Shown: piece after piece, positions 37,190 through 45,869 of the stretch
How positions within the stretch are numbered: the stretch's first letter is position 1
Layout: every line of letters starts with the position of its first letter
NCBI GenBank assembly: GCA_037441385.1
Contig: JBBISH010000029.1
Location: forward strand, 1 to 54,304
Length of the DNA: 54,304 bases
Direction: 5' to 3'
DNA from: Myxococcales bacterium
GTDB lineage: Bacteria > Myxococcota_A > UBA9042
Position numbers and translations under genes: made by a program
Notes under the pieces: generated by a model
Told to the model about the DNA's origin: nothing
Seen by the model: the letters and a program-made list of their open reading frames with translations, nothing else
The model's database searches: none

Positions 37190-37969
37190 CTACACCGCAA
37201 GAAAGTCCATAATCTCACTCGTAATCGTCGCCGTATGCGGCCCCAGCAGCAGCAGATGCTCGCCGCCGCGGACCAAGCGCAGCCTGGGCTCGCTGCCCAG
37301 CACTTGCCGAACCGCCTGCAGGGCCGGGCCGGCTTGGATGGTGAGGTCGCGATCGCCGTGGACCACGAGCACGGGCTGGGCCAGGGGCTGGACGCGATCG
37401 ACAACAAACTCTTGGAGCTCAAGGAGCTGGGCCACCGACCGGATCGGCATCGCGTCGTAGCGTGGGCCAGGACGCACAGCCGGGCGGGCGCGCAAGATCG
37501 GCTGCCAGCCCAGCCGTTGCAGGGCACGCGTCGCGGCGCGCTCGACCGGCCGCAGCGCAAACGCCGGCGCCAGCAGCACCACCTTGCCGCGGCGCGCGGG
37601 CTCTTGCTCCGCGGCCAGCAACGTCGCGAGCAGCGCACCCATGGAGAAACCGACGATGTGGACTGTGGAACAGTGGCCGTTCAGCCACTGCAGCGCGGCC
37701 TGGGCCGAGGCGCGCCAATCGCGCCAGTTCGTGGCCGCCAACGCACCAACTTGAGTGGCATGGCCTGCAAGCACGGGCATGGCCAGGGACATTGCCGAGT
37801 CGCGGAGCGGCTGCGCCAGCGCGGCCAGCTCGGCGGGCGAACCCGTCAGGCCGTGGAGCAGCAAGACCCCGGCACCGGCGCGACCTTGGTGGTGCTGCGG
37901 CTCGGCGCCCGGCAGGCAGCCGTGGGGGGACACAAGGCACTGCGGTAGCATCCGCTTGGTTTGGCTCAT
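37190..37969 (-). CDS. Carboxylesterase (alpha/beta hydrolase)
   Basis: 'LLLHGLTGSP', 'GFSMG' nucleophile elbow, 'HGDRD', 'GEH'. Confidence 0.88.
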   Translation of the reverse strand: MSQTKRMLPQCLVSPHGCLPGAEPQHHQGRAGAGVLLLHGLTGSPAELAALAQPLRDSAMSLAMPVLAGHATQVGALAATNWRDWRASAQAALQWLNGHCSTVHIVGFSMGALLATLLAAEQEPARRGKVVLLAPAFALRPVERAATRALQRLGWQPILRARPAVRPGPRYDAMPIRSVAQLLELQEFVVDRVQPLAQPVLVVHGDRDLTIQAGPALQAVRQVLGSEPRLRLVRGGEHLLLLGPHTATITSEIMDFLAV

Positions 37970-38097
37970 ACGCACCCCACCTGATTCGCGCCTGTACGGC
38001 TTTCTGACCCGTTCTGCAACTGGCGAGAATCAGGCGGGGACCCCGGTTTGGGCCCGAATAATTGCCCGAGTTTGCGATTCGATTCGGATGGAACTGG
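37964..38097 (-). repeat. ~135-bp structured dispersed repeat, copy 2
   Basis: Near-identical to 30613-30747, same orientation; fills the entire gap between the THUMP methyltransferase and esterase genes. Confidence 0.9.
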
Positions 38098-38099
38098 AC

Positions 38100-39254
38100 T
38101 CACGGTACGGCTCCGGTTGGGGGTAGGCGGCGCACGGTGCCCCGCACCAGCCACACGGCGTGGCCGCCCGCGCGGCAGCGCAGGGTCTCGCAGTCGTCCA
38201 GTCCCAGGGCTTCGGCCAGCTGCGGTTCGGCCACCACCACAGCGGCCCGCCAGCCCGCGGCCGACCGGCGCACCACCGCAGCCCAGCGCTGCGCGGTGCG
38301 GCGCGCGTCGGCCCGTTGACCCAAGCGCAAGCCCCAAGGCAGATTGCCCGCCACCAGGCCAAAATCGCCCATAGTCTGCCGCCATTGCGCCATCTCGGCG
38401 TGCTGCACGACCAAGCGGTCTGACAAACCCGCGCGTTCCACGTTGCGCCGCGCCCGCTCGACCGACTCAGCCGCCATGTCGCCGGCCCAGCCGTGGGCCA
38501 AGGCGGGCGCCGCGGCGGGGATCTCTTGCACCGGCAATGCGTTCCAGCTCCGGCAGGCCCAGTCGCGCTCGAGCGCCTGGTAGAGCAGCAGGCCCTCGAT
38601 AGGCAGCGTGGCCGAGCCACAGGTGGGATCCCAAATGTTCATCTCGGCTTGCATGCCTGCCCACAGCAACAGGGCCGCCGCCACGGTCTCGCGCAGCGGG
38701 GCCTCGCCGGGCTCTAGTCGGTAGCCGCGCTGGTGCAACGGCCAGCCGGCCGGGTCTAGCGCCACTTCGACCCGATCGCGGAACACGCGCAGATGCAGCA
38801 CTTGCCGAGCGCCCTGACCCCTGGGCAAGCGGCGTTGCAGGTTGGCCTGCACCCAGCGCGCGCGATCCGCGGAGCAGCCCACCGTGTGGACTTTGACGTG
38901 GCAATCGGCGTCGGCCGCGAGCCAGCCTTGGCCCAGACGATCGGCCAGCGCGTCCAGATCGGCAGCCGACTCGGCCCTGGCGGTGCCCAGCTGCACTAGG
39001 ATCTGCTCCACGGTGCGGACTCGCGCCAGCAGAGCCACCAAGCGAGTCGGCGGCACGGACAGGCGCAGGTCATCGCCGTCGCGCGCTACCTCGGCACCCA
39101 GCGCCGCCAGTTCGTCCTGGGCGATGGGACCCAGCCCTTCCAACGTGGTCGCCCATAGGCGCAAAGGCTGCGTGGCGGGCCACGGACCTTGTGGGAACAG
39201 CCCCGGCTCGGCGGTATTTTTGGCTTGCCGTATGTCGTTTCTGGTTTGACGCAT
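38100..39254 (-). CDS. THUMP-domain RNA methyltransferase (RlmL/YpsC-like)
   Basis: 'LHQRGYR...APLRETVAAALL', 'DPTCGSATLPIE', 'NLPWGLRLG'. Start uncertain. Confidence 0.85.
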   Translation of the reverse strand: MRQTRNDIRQAKNTAEPGLFPQGPWPATQPLRLWATTLEGLGPIAQDELAALGAEVARDGDDLRLSVPPTRLVALLARVRTVEQILVQLGTARAESAADLDALADRLGQGWLAADADCHVKVHTVGCSADRARWVQANLQRRLPRGQGARQVLHLRVFRDRVEVALDPAGWPLHQRGYRLEPGEAPLRETVAAALLLWAGMQAEMNIWDPTCGSATLPIEGLLLYQALERDWACRSWNALPVQEIPAAAPALAHGWAGDMAAESVERARRNVERAGLSDRLVVQHAEMAQWRQTMGDFGLVAGNLPWGLRLGQRADARRTAQRWAAVVRRSAAGWRAAVVVAEPQLAEALGLDDCETLRCRAGGHAVWLVRGTVRRLPPTGAVP

Positions 39255-39328
39255 GTGGCTTAGAACGGTATCCTGCTTCGTTCGTCGCGGCGCCCCACCT
39301 GGGTCCCTTCGCCGCCACCCGAGGCCCC

Positions 39329-41860
39329 ATGTTCGCACGCTCCGCGCCCTCCGTCACGCTGCCCGCGTTTGCTGCTTCTTTGATCGGCGCCACCCTGCTC
39401 GCCGCCGCACTCTCGGCTTGCAGCGCGACGCCCAATGGTCAGAACAACTCGGCCTACAATCAGTACTTGCCCGATGGCCAGTACATCGGCAACGATCTGG
39501 GCGGCGGCGGCAGTCCCGACAGCACTGGCGGCGGCACCGACAATCCCGGCGAAGACACCGGCAGCGGCACCGGCGGCGACGACGCCTCGACGGTCATCCC
39601 GGGCGGCGGTCCCTACGTCTCGCCCGAGCTGCGCGTCCGCATCGTGGGCCCATCGGGTCGCGGCCACGCCGTGGTCTCGGGCGCGATCGTCGAGGTCGCG
39701 GGCGTCGTGTTCGGCAACGCCGACAGCATCACTTGGAGCACCGACACCGGCGGCTCGGGCAGCGCCCACGGCGCCCCGTTCTTCCAAAGCGACCCGATCA
39801 CGCTGGTGCCCGGCGACAACGTGGTCACCGTCACCGCCAAGAACGCCACCGAGCAGGTGACCGACACGCTGGTCGTGACCTACAACCCCGTGTTCCAGTT
39901 CCAGGACCGCCTGCGCGCCAACCCCGGCGTGGTCAAGGTGGGCAAGAATACCCCCATCAACGCCACCATCGCCGTGGGCAAGGCCACCAACGTGCTCAAG
40001 GGCAGCGTCAAGTTGTTCCGCGTCGACGCCAACAACGGCACCATGACCACCTACGGCGTGATGGACGACGACGGGGCTCTCAGCGGCAGCTCGGGCGACG
40101 AAATCAAGGGCGACGGCATCTATTCGCGCAAGATCAACGTGACCGAGTCCCAGCCTGGCCAAGTCCGACTGCGCGCGTCGGTGCAGGTCAACGCCGGCAC
40201 CCAAACCGTGACGGCCTACTCGGATGTGCTGGTCATCGACGTGGTCAAAGACATCACCAGTGCCGAGTGCAATCAAGTCGTGGGCGCCTTGAAGTCGGCC
40301 AAAGACGCGGGGGACCAGGCGGCCATCATCGCGGCGCTCAAGTCGAATCCCGACGTCGCCGATGCGGGCGAGACCCCCGGCACCGGCGTGTGGGTCCGCT
40401 TCAACAACGGTCTGCTGGGCGCCGTCAACGTGCGCAAAGACGGCAACCGCGGCGGCGGCGACGCTCCGGCAGCGGGCGATCCCGGCACGGACCCGAACTT
40501 GGCGCTGTCCACCGTTCAGGTGCAAAGCAAGCGCGCGTTGCTGCTCGATCCTGCGGCGGCCGAGTTCGGCAAAGACGAGATCGCGTCCTTTGGCGACATC
40601 CTGAAGGCCACGGCCTGTCCAGCCTACACCGTCGACATGGGCAAGGGTACCGCGGCCGACCTGCACTACTACCGCCAGATGTACCTGTACGGCATCACCG
40701 CCATGGCCAATCACGGCGACGCCAACTTTGGCACGATGGACGCGGGCTCCAAGTCCACGTACGACTGGCAGCACCCCGGCTCGCAAGAGACCGTGTGGAC
40801 CGGCCACGCGGTCTCGTGCAACTACTTTGGCGCAAACGGGGCCAACCCCGGTACCTGCAGCGAGTCCAAGGCCTGCGGCCCCGAGTCTGAGTGCGTCATC
40901 AATCAGGCGGGTGGCAACGGCGTGTGCGTCGACCACTTGACCGCCGACCTGCGCCGCGGCCGCGTCATCATCGGCTCGGACGGCACCTACGGCATCCTGC
41001 CCAGTTTCATCCGCCGCCACGCGACCGAACCCTATCCCAAGAGCCTTGTCTACCTGGGCGGATGCCGCAGCTTGTACAACGGCACCATGGCGGGCGAACT
41101 CTTTGCCGCCGGCGCCGCCGCCGTGTCGGGCTTCACCGGCCCGGTCCGCAACGACTTCGCCGTCCAGTGGGGCACTACCTTCTTGACCAACATCGTCGCC
41201 GACAAGAAGCTGTCGGGCGTGGCGCACGTGCAGATCGGCGACACGGGCAATCCAGGTACGCAGTTCTCGCTGGTGGGCGCGCAGAACCTGGATGCGTTCT
41301 TCAGCGACATCATCAACCCGTCGTGGGAGACGGGCAATCTCCAGGGCTGGATCAAGTCGGGCGACGGCCGTGTGATTTCGCGCCTGGGCTCGACCGTACC
41401 GGTGGGCGGCAAGTTCATGGGCATCATCTCGACGGGCCTGGGCTACACCGCGCAGACCGGCGAGGTCAACCAGCGCTTCTGTATCCCCGAAGGCAAGACC
41501 AAGGCCAGCTTCTGGTGGAAGTACTACTCCGAGGAATTCAAGGAGTATTGCGGCTCGACCTTCCAAGACTCGTTCACCGGCCGCTTTGAAGGCATGGTCA
41601 ACGGCAAGGCCGCCAACATCACCCTGGTCAGCGCCAAAGTCGACGACCTCTGCGACGGCGGCCCGCAGTACAAGGGCTTGACGCCTGCCGACGTGGGCTT
41701 TGATCAGGGCGGCGTCTACATGACACCGTGGGTGCAGTCCACCAAGGACATCTCGCCGTTCGCCGGCAAGGGCTCGGTGCTGCTGCGCTTCTTTGCCAGC
41801 GACGTCGGCGACTCGATCTACGACACCGCGGTCTTGGTCGATAAGGTCGAGTTCAACTAG
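39329..41860 (+). CDS. Large multidomain lipoprotein (Ig-like, DDG/DGIY motif domain, possible caspase/gingipain-fold domain, C-terminal jelly-roll)
   Basis: Lipobox 'LSAC'; Gly/Asp linker; Ig-like 'ITLVPGDNVVTVTAKN'; 'MDDDG...DEIKGDGIYS'; 'ANHG' and 'VYLGGCRS'; C-terminal 'NPSWETGNLQGW...DVGDSIYDTAVLVD'. Confidence 0.75.
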   Translation: MFARSAPSVTLPAFAASLIGATLLAAALSACSATPNGQNNSAYNQYLPDGQYIGNDLGGGGSPDSTGGGTDNPGEDTGSGTGGDDASTVIPGGGPYVSPELRVRIVGPSGRGHAVVSGAIVEVAGVVFGNADSITWSTDTGGSGSAHGAPFFQSDPITLVPGDNVVTVTAKNATEQVTDTLVVTYNPVFQFQDRLRANPGVVKVGKNTPINATIAVGKATNVLKGSVKLFRVDANNGTMTTYGVMDDDGALSGSSGDEIKGDGIYSRKINVTESQPGQVRLRASVQVNAGTQTVTAYSDVLVIDVVKDITSAECNQVVGALKSAKDAGDQAAIIAALKSNPDVADAGETPGTGVWVRFNNGLLGAVNVRKDGNRGGGDAPAAGDPGTDPNLALSTVQVQSKRALLLDPAAAEFGKDEIASFGDILKATACPAYTVDMGKGTAADLHYYRQMYLYGITAMANHGDANFGTMDAGSKSTYDWQHPGSQETVWTGHAVSCNYFGANGANPGTCSESKACGPESECVINQAGGNGVCVDHLTADLRRGRVIIGSDGTYGILPSFIRRHATEPYPKSLVYLGGCRSLYNGTMAGELFAAGAAAVSGFTGPVRNDFAVQWGTTFLTNIVADKKLSGVAHVQIGDTGNPGTQFSLVGAQNLDAFFSDIINPSWETGNLQGWIKSGDGRVISRLGSTVPVGGKFMGIISTGLGYTAQTGEVNQRFCIPEGKTKASFWWKYYSEEFKEYCGSTFQDSFTGRFEGMVNGKAANITLVSAKVDDLCDGGPQYKGLTPADVGFDQGGVYMTPWVQSTKDISPFAGKGSVLLRFFASDVGDSIYDTAVLVDKVEFN

Positions 41861-42501
41861 CGAATAAGCTTGAGCTGCCCGGACTTGAGCAGCTCGGCCA
41901 GCTTGCGGCGCATCACCGGCTGCTCTTTGGCTGTGTAGCCGATGCGCCACGGCGGCGGCCAAGCCCGCGGCGTCTTGTTCATGATCGACGCGGCCTCGCT
42001 GCTGTGGGGCAGGCCCAGGACGTGGCCCAGCTCGTGCGCGAGCACCCACCTCCAGGCGCTCTGGGCCTCGATCACCCAGAACTCGCTGTCCTTTCGCCAA
42101 GTCACGCCCTTGCGGACCTGGCTCGCATCCACGTTGTCGGCCAAGTGGTCCACGACGAACCACCGCAGCGGCGTCTGCCGACCGAGTGCCCCCAGACGGT
42201 TGCGGTGCGCCACCGCGTCGATCCGGCGGAGCTGAGACGGCAATTCGGCAATCGCCGTGACCTGCACAGCGGCGTCGATGACGGCCAGGCGGTCGTTGGC
42301 TGCCTCTAACTGGCGGATCAGCCAAGCTTTGGGCTCGTCGCCGGCCGGCAGCCACAGCTCCACGGCGATGCACGTTTTTGCCTTGGCGGGGCAGCTGGGC
42401 AGGTCACTTGGTGCCAACGCCGCAATTGCGCCCGGCCAGCCAATCAGCGCGGCGCAGGTCAGCGCAACAACGGCAGGGCGATGGTCCTGGGCGGGCCTCA
42501 A
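41857..42501 (-). CDS. Secreted metzincin (matrixin-like) metalloprotease
   Basis: 'HELGHVLGLPH' plus Met-turn 'SIM'; signal-like N-terminus. TTG start overlaps the nuoN stop (TTGA). Confidence 0.8.
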   Translation of the reverse strand: MRPAQDHRPAVVALTCAALIGWPGAIAALAPSDLPSCPAKAKTCIAVELWLPAGDEPKAWLIRQLEAANDRLAVIDAAVQVTAIAELPSQLRRIDAVAHRNRLGALGRQTPLRWFVVDHLADNVDASQVRKGVTWRKDSEFWVIEAQSAWRWVLAHELGHVLGLPHSSEAASIMNKTPRAWPPPWRIGYTAKEQPVMRRKLAELLKSGQLKLIR

Positions 42502-44120
42502 TTGTCGGCGACGGGCTTGACCTCGGGCGCCGGGCGCTTGACGGCGGCCTCGCGTACAGGCTGCGCACCCGGCTTGGCCTGCTCGTAGTGCAGGTTCTTG
42601 ATGGCCGTGATGGTGCGGATGGTGGCCACGCCGCGCTGGCCCGCCTGCAGAGCACGCTGCGGCAGGATACCGACAAGCACAATGCCCGCCGCCGCCAGGC
42701 CCATGGCCCAGGTGAGCGACGTTTCGCGAATGTACTCGGGCGCCTGCCGGGGCTCGGGGCGCATGTAGACCCACACGGTGATGCGCAGGTAGTAGTAGGC
42801 GCTGACCACCGAGTTGAGGACCAGGATGATGATGTGCGGCAGGAACTTGCCACCGTCCACGCCCAGCACGTCGCGCGCCAGCTGCAGCTTGCCAAAGAAG
42901 CCGAGCGTGGGGGGCACGCCCGCCAGCGAGATCATGGCCAGGGCCAATACCGCGCCAGCAAACGGGTAGTTGCGGCCCAAGCCGATCAGCTGCTCTTCGC
43001 CGGTGCGCTCTTCGCCACCCTTGCCCACTACGGTCAGCGCGGCAAAGCCGGCCAGCGACGCAAAGGCGTAGCCCACCAAGTAGAACGGCACGGCGCCGGT
43101 CGGCTGCATGTAGCCAGGCAGGCGGGGATCCGCGACCACCGCGACGCAACCCAGCAGCAGGTAGCCGGCGTGGGCAATCGACGAGTAAGCGAGCGTCCGC
43201 TTGGCGCTTTTTTGCGACAGCGCCAGGAGGTTGCCCACCGTCATGGTCACCACCGCGATGGTCGCCAGTACTGTCGGCACCTGGGCATGCAGCGTATTCA
43301 TCGCCGGGCCGCCCAGGCAGGCGTACAAGAACTTGAGTAGCGCCGCAAAGCCCGCCGCCTTGACCGCCGACGACATCAGGCCGGTGACCGGCGTGGGCGC
43401 GCCTTCATAGGCATCGGGCGTCCACATATGGAACGGTACGGCCGCGACTTTGAAGAGGAACGCCGCGCTGGTCAGCAAGACGGCCAGGCTCAGCCACAGC
43501 GTGTTGCCACCGGGCTGGCTCAAGGCGCGGCTGATTTCGAGGTACGACGTGCCGCCCGACAGGCCGTACAAGAACGCCATGCCGTACAGCAAGAAGGCCG
43601 AGGCCACCGAGCCCATGATGAAGTATTTCATGCCGGCCTCGACCGAGGCCTGCGACGTGCGCTTGATCGCCACCATCACGTAGATGGCCATCGACATGAT
43701 TTCCAGGCCGACGAACAGGGTCAGCAAGCTCTCGGACGCGACCATGGCGCCCATGCCGAAGGCAGCGAAATTCAACAGCGCGTAGTACTCGCCCCAGGCG
43801 CTGCCGTGCTCGCTCAGGTACTTGGGGCTGGCCAAGTGTGTGATCAGGGCGCAGACGCCCGTGAGCGCGACGAAGAACAGGCTGTAGTGGCTCATCGACA
43901 GGTGCTGGGCGAAGGCCGGGGTGTGCATCTCGAGCGAGCCACCGAACTTCCACAGACCCACCGCAGCCAGGATCGAAGCCGCCGACGCGGCCGCGCCAAA
44001 ATAGGCCCAGAAGCGGCGGTTGTCGTCGCCCGCCGGCAAGAAGGCGTCGACCACCAGGGTAAACACCGCGGCGAACAGCAGGATCAGCAGCGGCGCGGTC
44101 AGGACCAAATCGTGGAGCAT
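42498..44120 (-). CDS. nuoN: NADH-quinone oxidoreductase subunit N
   Basis: 'LFVGLEIMS', 'EAGMKYFIMGS', 'FKVAAVPFHMWTPDAYEGAPTP', 'RTLAYSSIAHAGY'. Confidence 0.95.
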   Translation of the reverse strand: MLHDLVLTAPLLILLFAAVFTLVVDAFLPAGDDNRRFWAYFGAAASAASILAAVGLWKFGGSLEMHTPAFAQHLSMSHYSLFFVALTGVCALITHLASPKYLSEHGSAWGEYYALLNFAAFGMGAMVASESLLTLFVGLEIMSMAIYVMVAIKRTSQASVEAGMKYFIMGSVASAFLLYGMAFLYGLSGGTSYLEISRALSQPGGNTLWLSLAVLLTSAAFLFKVAAVPFHMWTPDAYEGAPTPVTGLMSSAVKAAGFAALLKFLYACLGGPAMNTLHAQVPTVLATIAVVTMTVGNLLALSQKSAKRTLAYSSIAHAGYLLLGCVAVVADPRLPGYMQPTGAVPFYLVGYAFASLAGFAALTVVGKGGEERTGEEQLIGLGRNYPFAGAVLALAMISLAGVPPTLGFFGKLQLARDVLGVDGGKFLPHIIILVLNSVVSAYYYLRITVWVYMRPEPRQAPEYIRETSLTWAMGLAAAGIVLVGILPQRALQAGQRGVATIRTITAIKNLHYEQAKPGAQPVREAAVKRPAPEVKPVADN

Positions 44121-44150
44121 GACGGACTCCTGGAAGTACCTAGCGTTGGA

Positions 44151-45800
44151 CTAGCGCGTGGGCTGGGGGCGAAGCATCGCCGCGTTGCGCATCTCGCGCT
44201 GGAAGTCGGCCTTGGAGCGGACTTGCTGAATCTGCGGGCGCAGCGGCTGTACCATGGCGTGCACGGTGGTCTCGCTCAGCTTGAGCGCACCGCCGGGAGC
44301 CAGGCCGATCCACAGCACGAAGACCGAGATCGTGCCGACCAGGAAGCGCTCGCGCCAGGTCAGGTCCTTGAGCAGCTCGTTGGCAGCATTGGTGATCGGC
44401 CCAAAGAACACCCGCCGCACCATCGACAGCATGTACACAGCGCCCAGCACGATGCCCAAGGTCGCCACGCCGGTGCAGGTCAGCACCATCGTCCGCCACG
44501 CCATGCCGCCGCCGTCCGGGGGCAGGATCGACGACTGCACGCCCTCTTTGAACGAGCCGGCAAAGATGAGGAACTCGCCGACAAAACCGTTGGTCAAGGG
44601 CAGGGCGATCGAGCTCATGGTGATGAACACGAAGAACGCCGTGTAGACCGGCATGGTCTTGGCGATCCCGCCAAAGTCGGCGATGGCGCGCGTGTGGCGC
44701 CGCTCGTAGACGAACCCCACCAAAAGGAAGAGCGCGCCCGTCGACAGGCCGTGGTTGACGCCCTGCAGGATCGCGCCTTGCAGGGCCTCTTCGTTGAAAA
44801 TCGCGATGCCCAGCATCACGAAGCCCAAGTGCGACACCGAGCTGTAGGCCACCAGGCGCTTGACGTCAGTCTGCACGTAGGCCATCAGGGCGCCGAACAC
44901 GATGCCGATTGCCGCGAGCACGGCCAACAGCGGCGCCGCCTTGCCCATCGCCGCCGGGAACAGCGGGATCGCGAAGCGCAGCAGGCCATAGGTGCCCAGC
45001 TTCAGCAGCACGCCGGCCAGGATCACCGAACCCGGGGTCGGCGCCTCCGTGTGGGCATCAGGCAGCCAGGTGTGGAACGGGAACACCGGCACCTTGATCA
45101 TGAACGCCAGGGCAAAGGCGGCGAACAGCCAAAGCTGCTCTTTGTCGCTCAGTTGCACGGCGGCCAGGTCAGCCAGCACAAAGCTGCCGCCGGCCTTGTG
45201 GTACAGGTACAGGATCGCGACCAGCATCAGCAGCGAGCCGAACATGGTGTAAATGAAGAACTTGACGGTGGCGGCGATGCGCTGCTTGCCACCCCAGATG
45301 CCGATGATGAGGAACATCGGCACCAGCATGATCTCCCAGAACACGTAGAAGGTCATGAGGTCGGTGGCGACCAGCGAGCCGAGCATGCCGGTCTCGAGCA
45401 CCAGCATCGCGATGCCGAACTCTTTCCAGCGCTTCTCGATGGCGGACCAGGCGCCGATGAGGACCAGCGGCGTCAGGCCCACAGTCAGCAGGACGTAGGG
45501 CAGCGACAGGCCGTCGACCCCCACCAGCCAGCGCACGCCCAAGCTGGGGATCCAGCTGAAGTTGTCGACCATCTGCATGCCCACGGCCGCGCGGTCGAAT
45601 TGGCCGAGCACCACCAGGCCCAACAGGCCGGTGATGAGCGAACCGACCAGCGACATCGCCTTGTGGGCAAAGCTCATTTCGCCCGGGATGAACAGAGCGA
45701 AGAGGGCGAACAGCATCGGCAACAGCGTGAGCGACGTCAGCAGCGGAAAACCGCCGCCCGAGACCGTCTGCAGCCAAGCTTGGGTGAAAGTGCCGTCCAT
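44151..45800 (-). CDS. nuoM: NADH-quinone oxidoreductase subunit M
   Basis: 'GVDGLS', 'FYVFWE', 'KVPVFPFHTWLPDAHTEAPT', 'AYSSVSHLG', 'FVGEF'. Confidence 0.95.
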   Translation of the reverse strand: MDGTFTQAWLQTVSGGGFPLLTSLTLLPMLFALFALFIPGEMSFAHKAMSLVGSLITGLLGLVVLGQFDRAAVGMQMVDNFSWIPSLGVRWLVGVDGLSLPYVLLTVGLTPLVLIGAWSAIEKRWKEFGIAMLVLETGMLGSLVATDLMTFYVFWEIMLVPMFLIIGIWGGKQRIAATVKFFIYTMFGSLLMLVAILYLYHKAGGSFVLADLAAVQLSDKEQLWLFAAFALAFMIKVPVFPFHTWLPDAHTEAPTPGSVILAGVLLKLGTYGLLRFAIPLFPAAMGKAAPLLAVLAAIGIVFGALMAYVQTDVKRLVAYSSVSHLGFVMLGIAIFNEEALQGAILQGVNHGLSTGALFLLVGFVYERRHTRAIADFGGIAKTMPVYTAFFVFITMSSIALPLTNGFVGEFLIFAGSFKEGVQSSILPPDGGGMAWRTMVLTCTGVATLGIVLGAVYMLSMVRRVFFGPITNAANELLKDLTWRERFLVGTISVFVLWIGLAPGGALKLSETTVHAMVQPLRPQIQQVRSKADFQREMRNAAMLRPQPTR

Positions 45801-45869
45801 GGCGTTCCCCGTTGGGTGTTGCGCGTGGCCCAGGGGCCCGGCGCGAAGGACAACTCGACGTCGGAGCTG

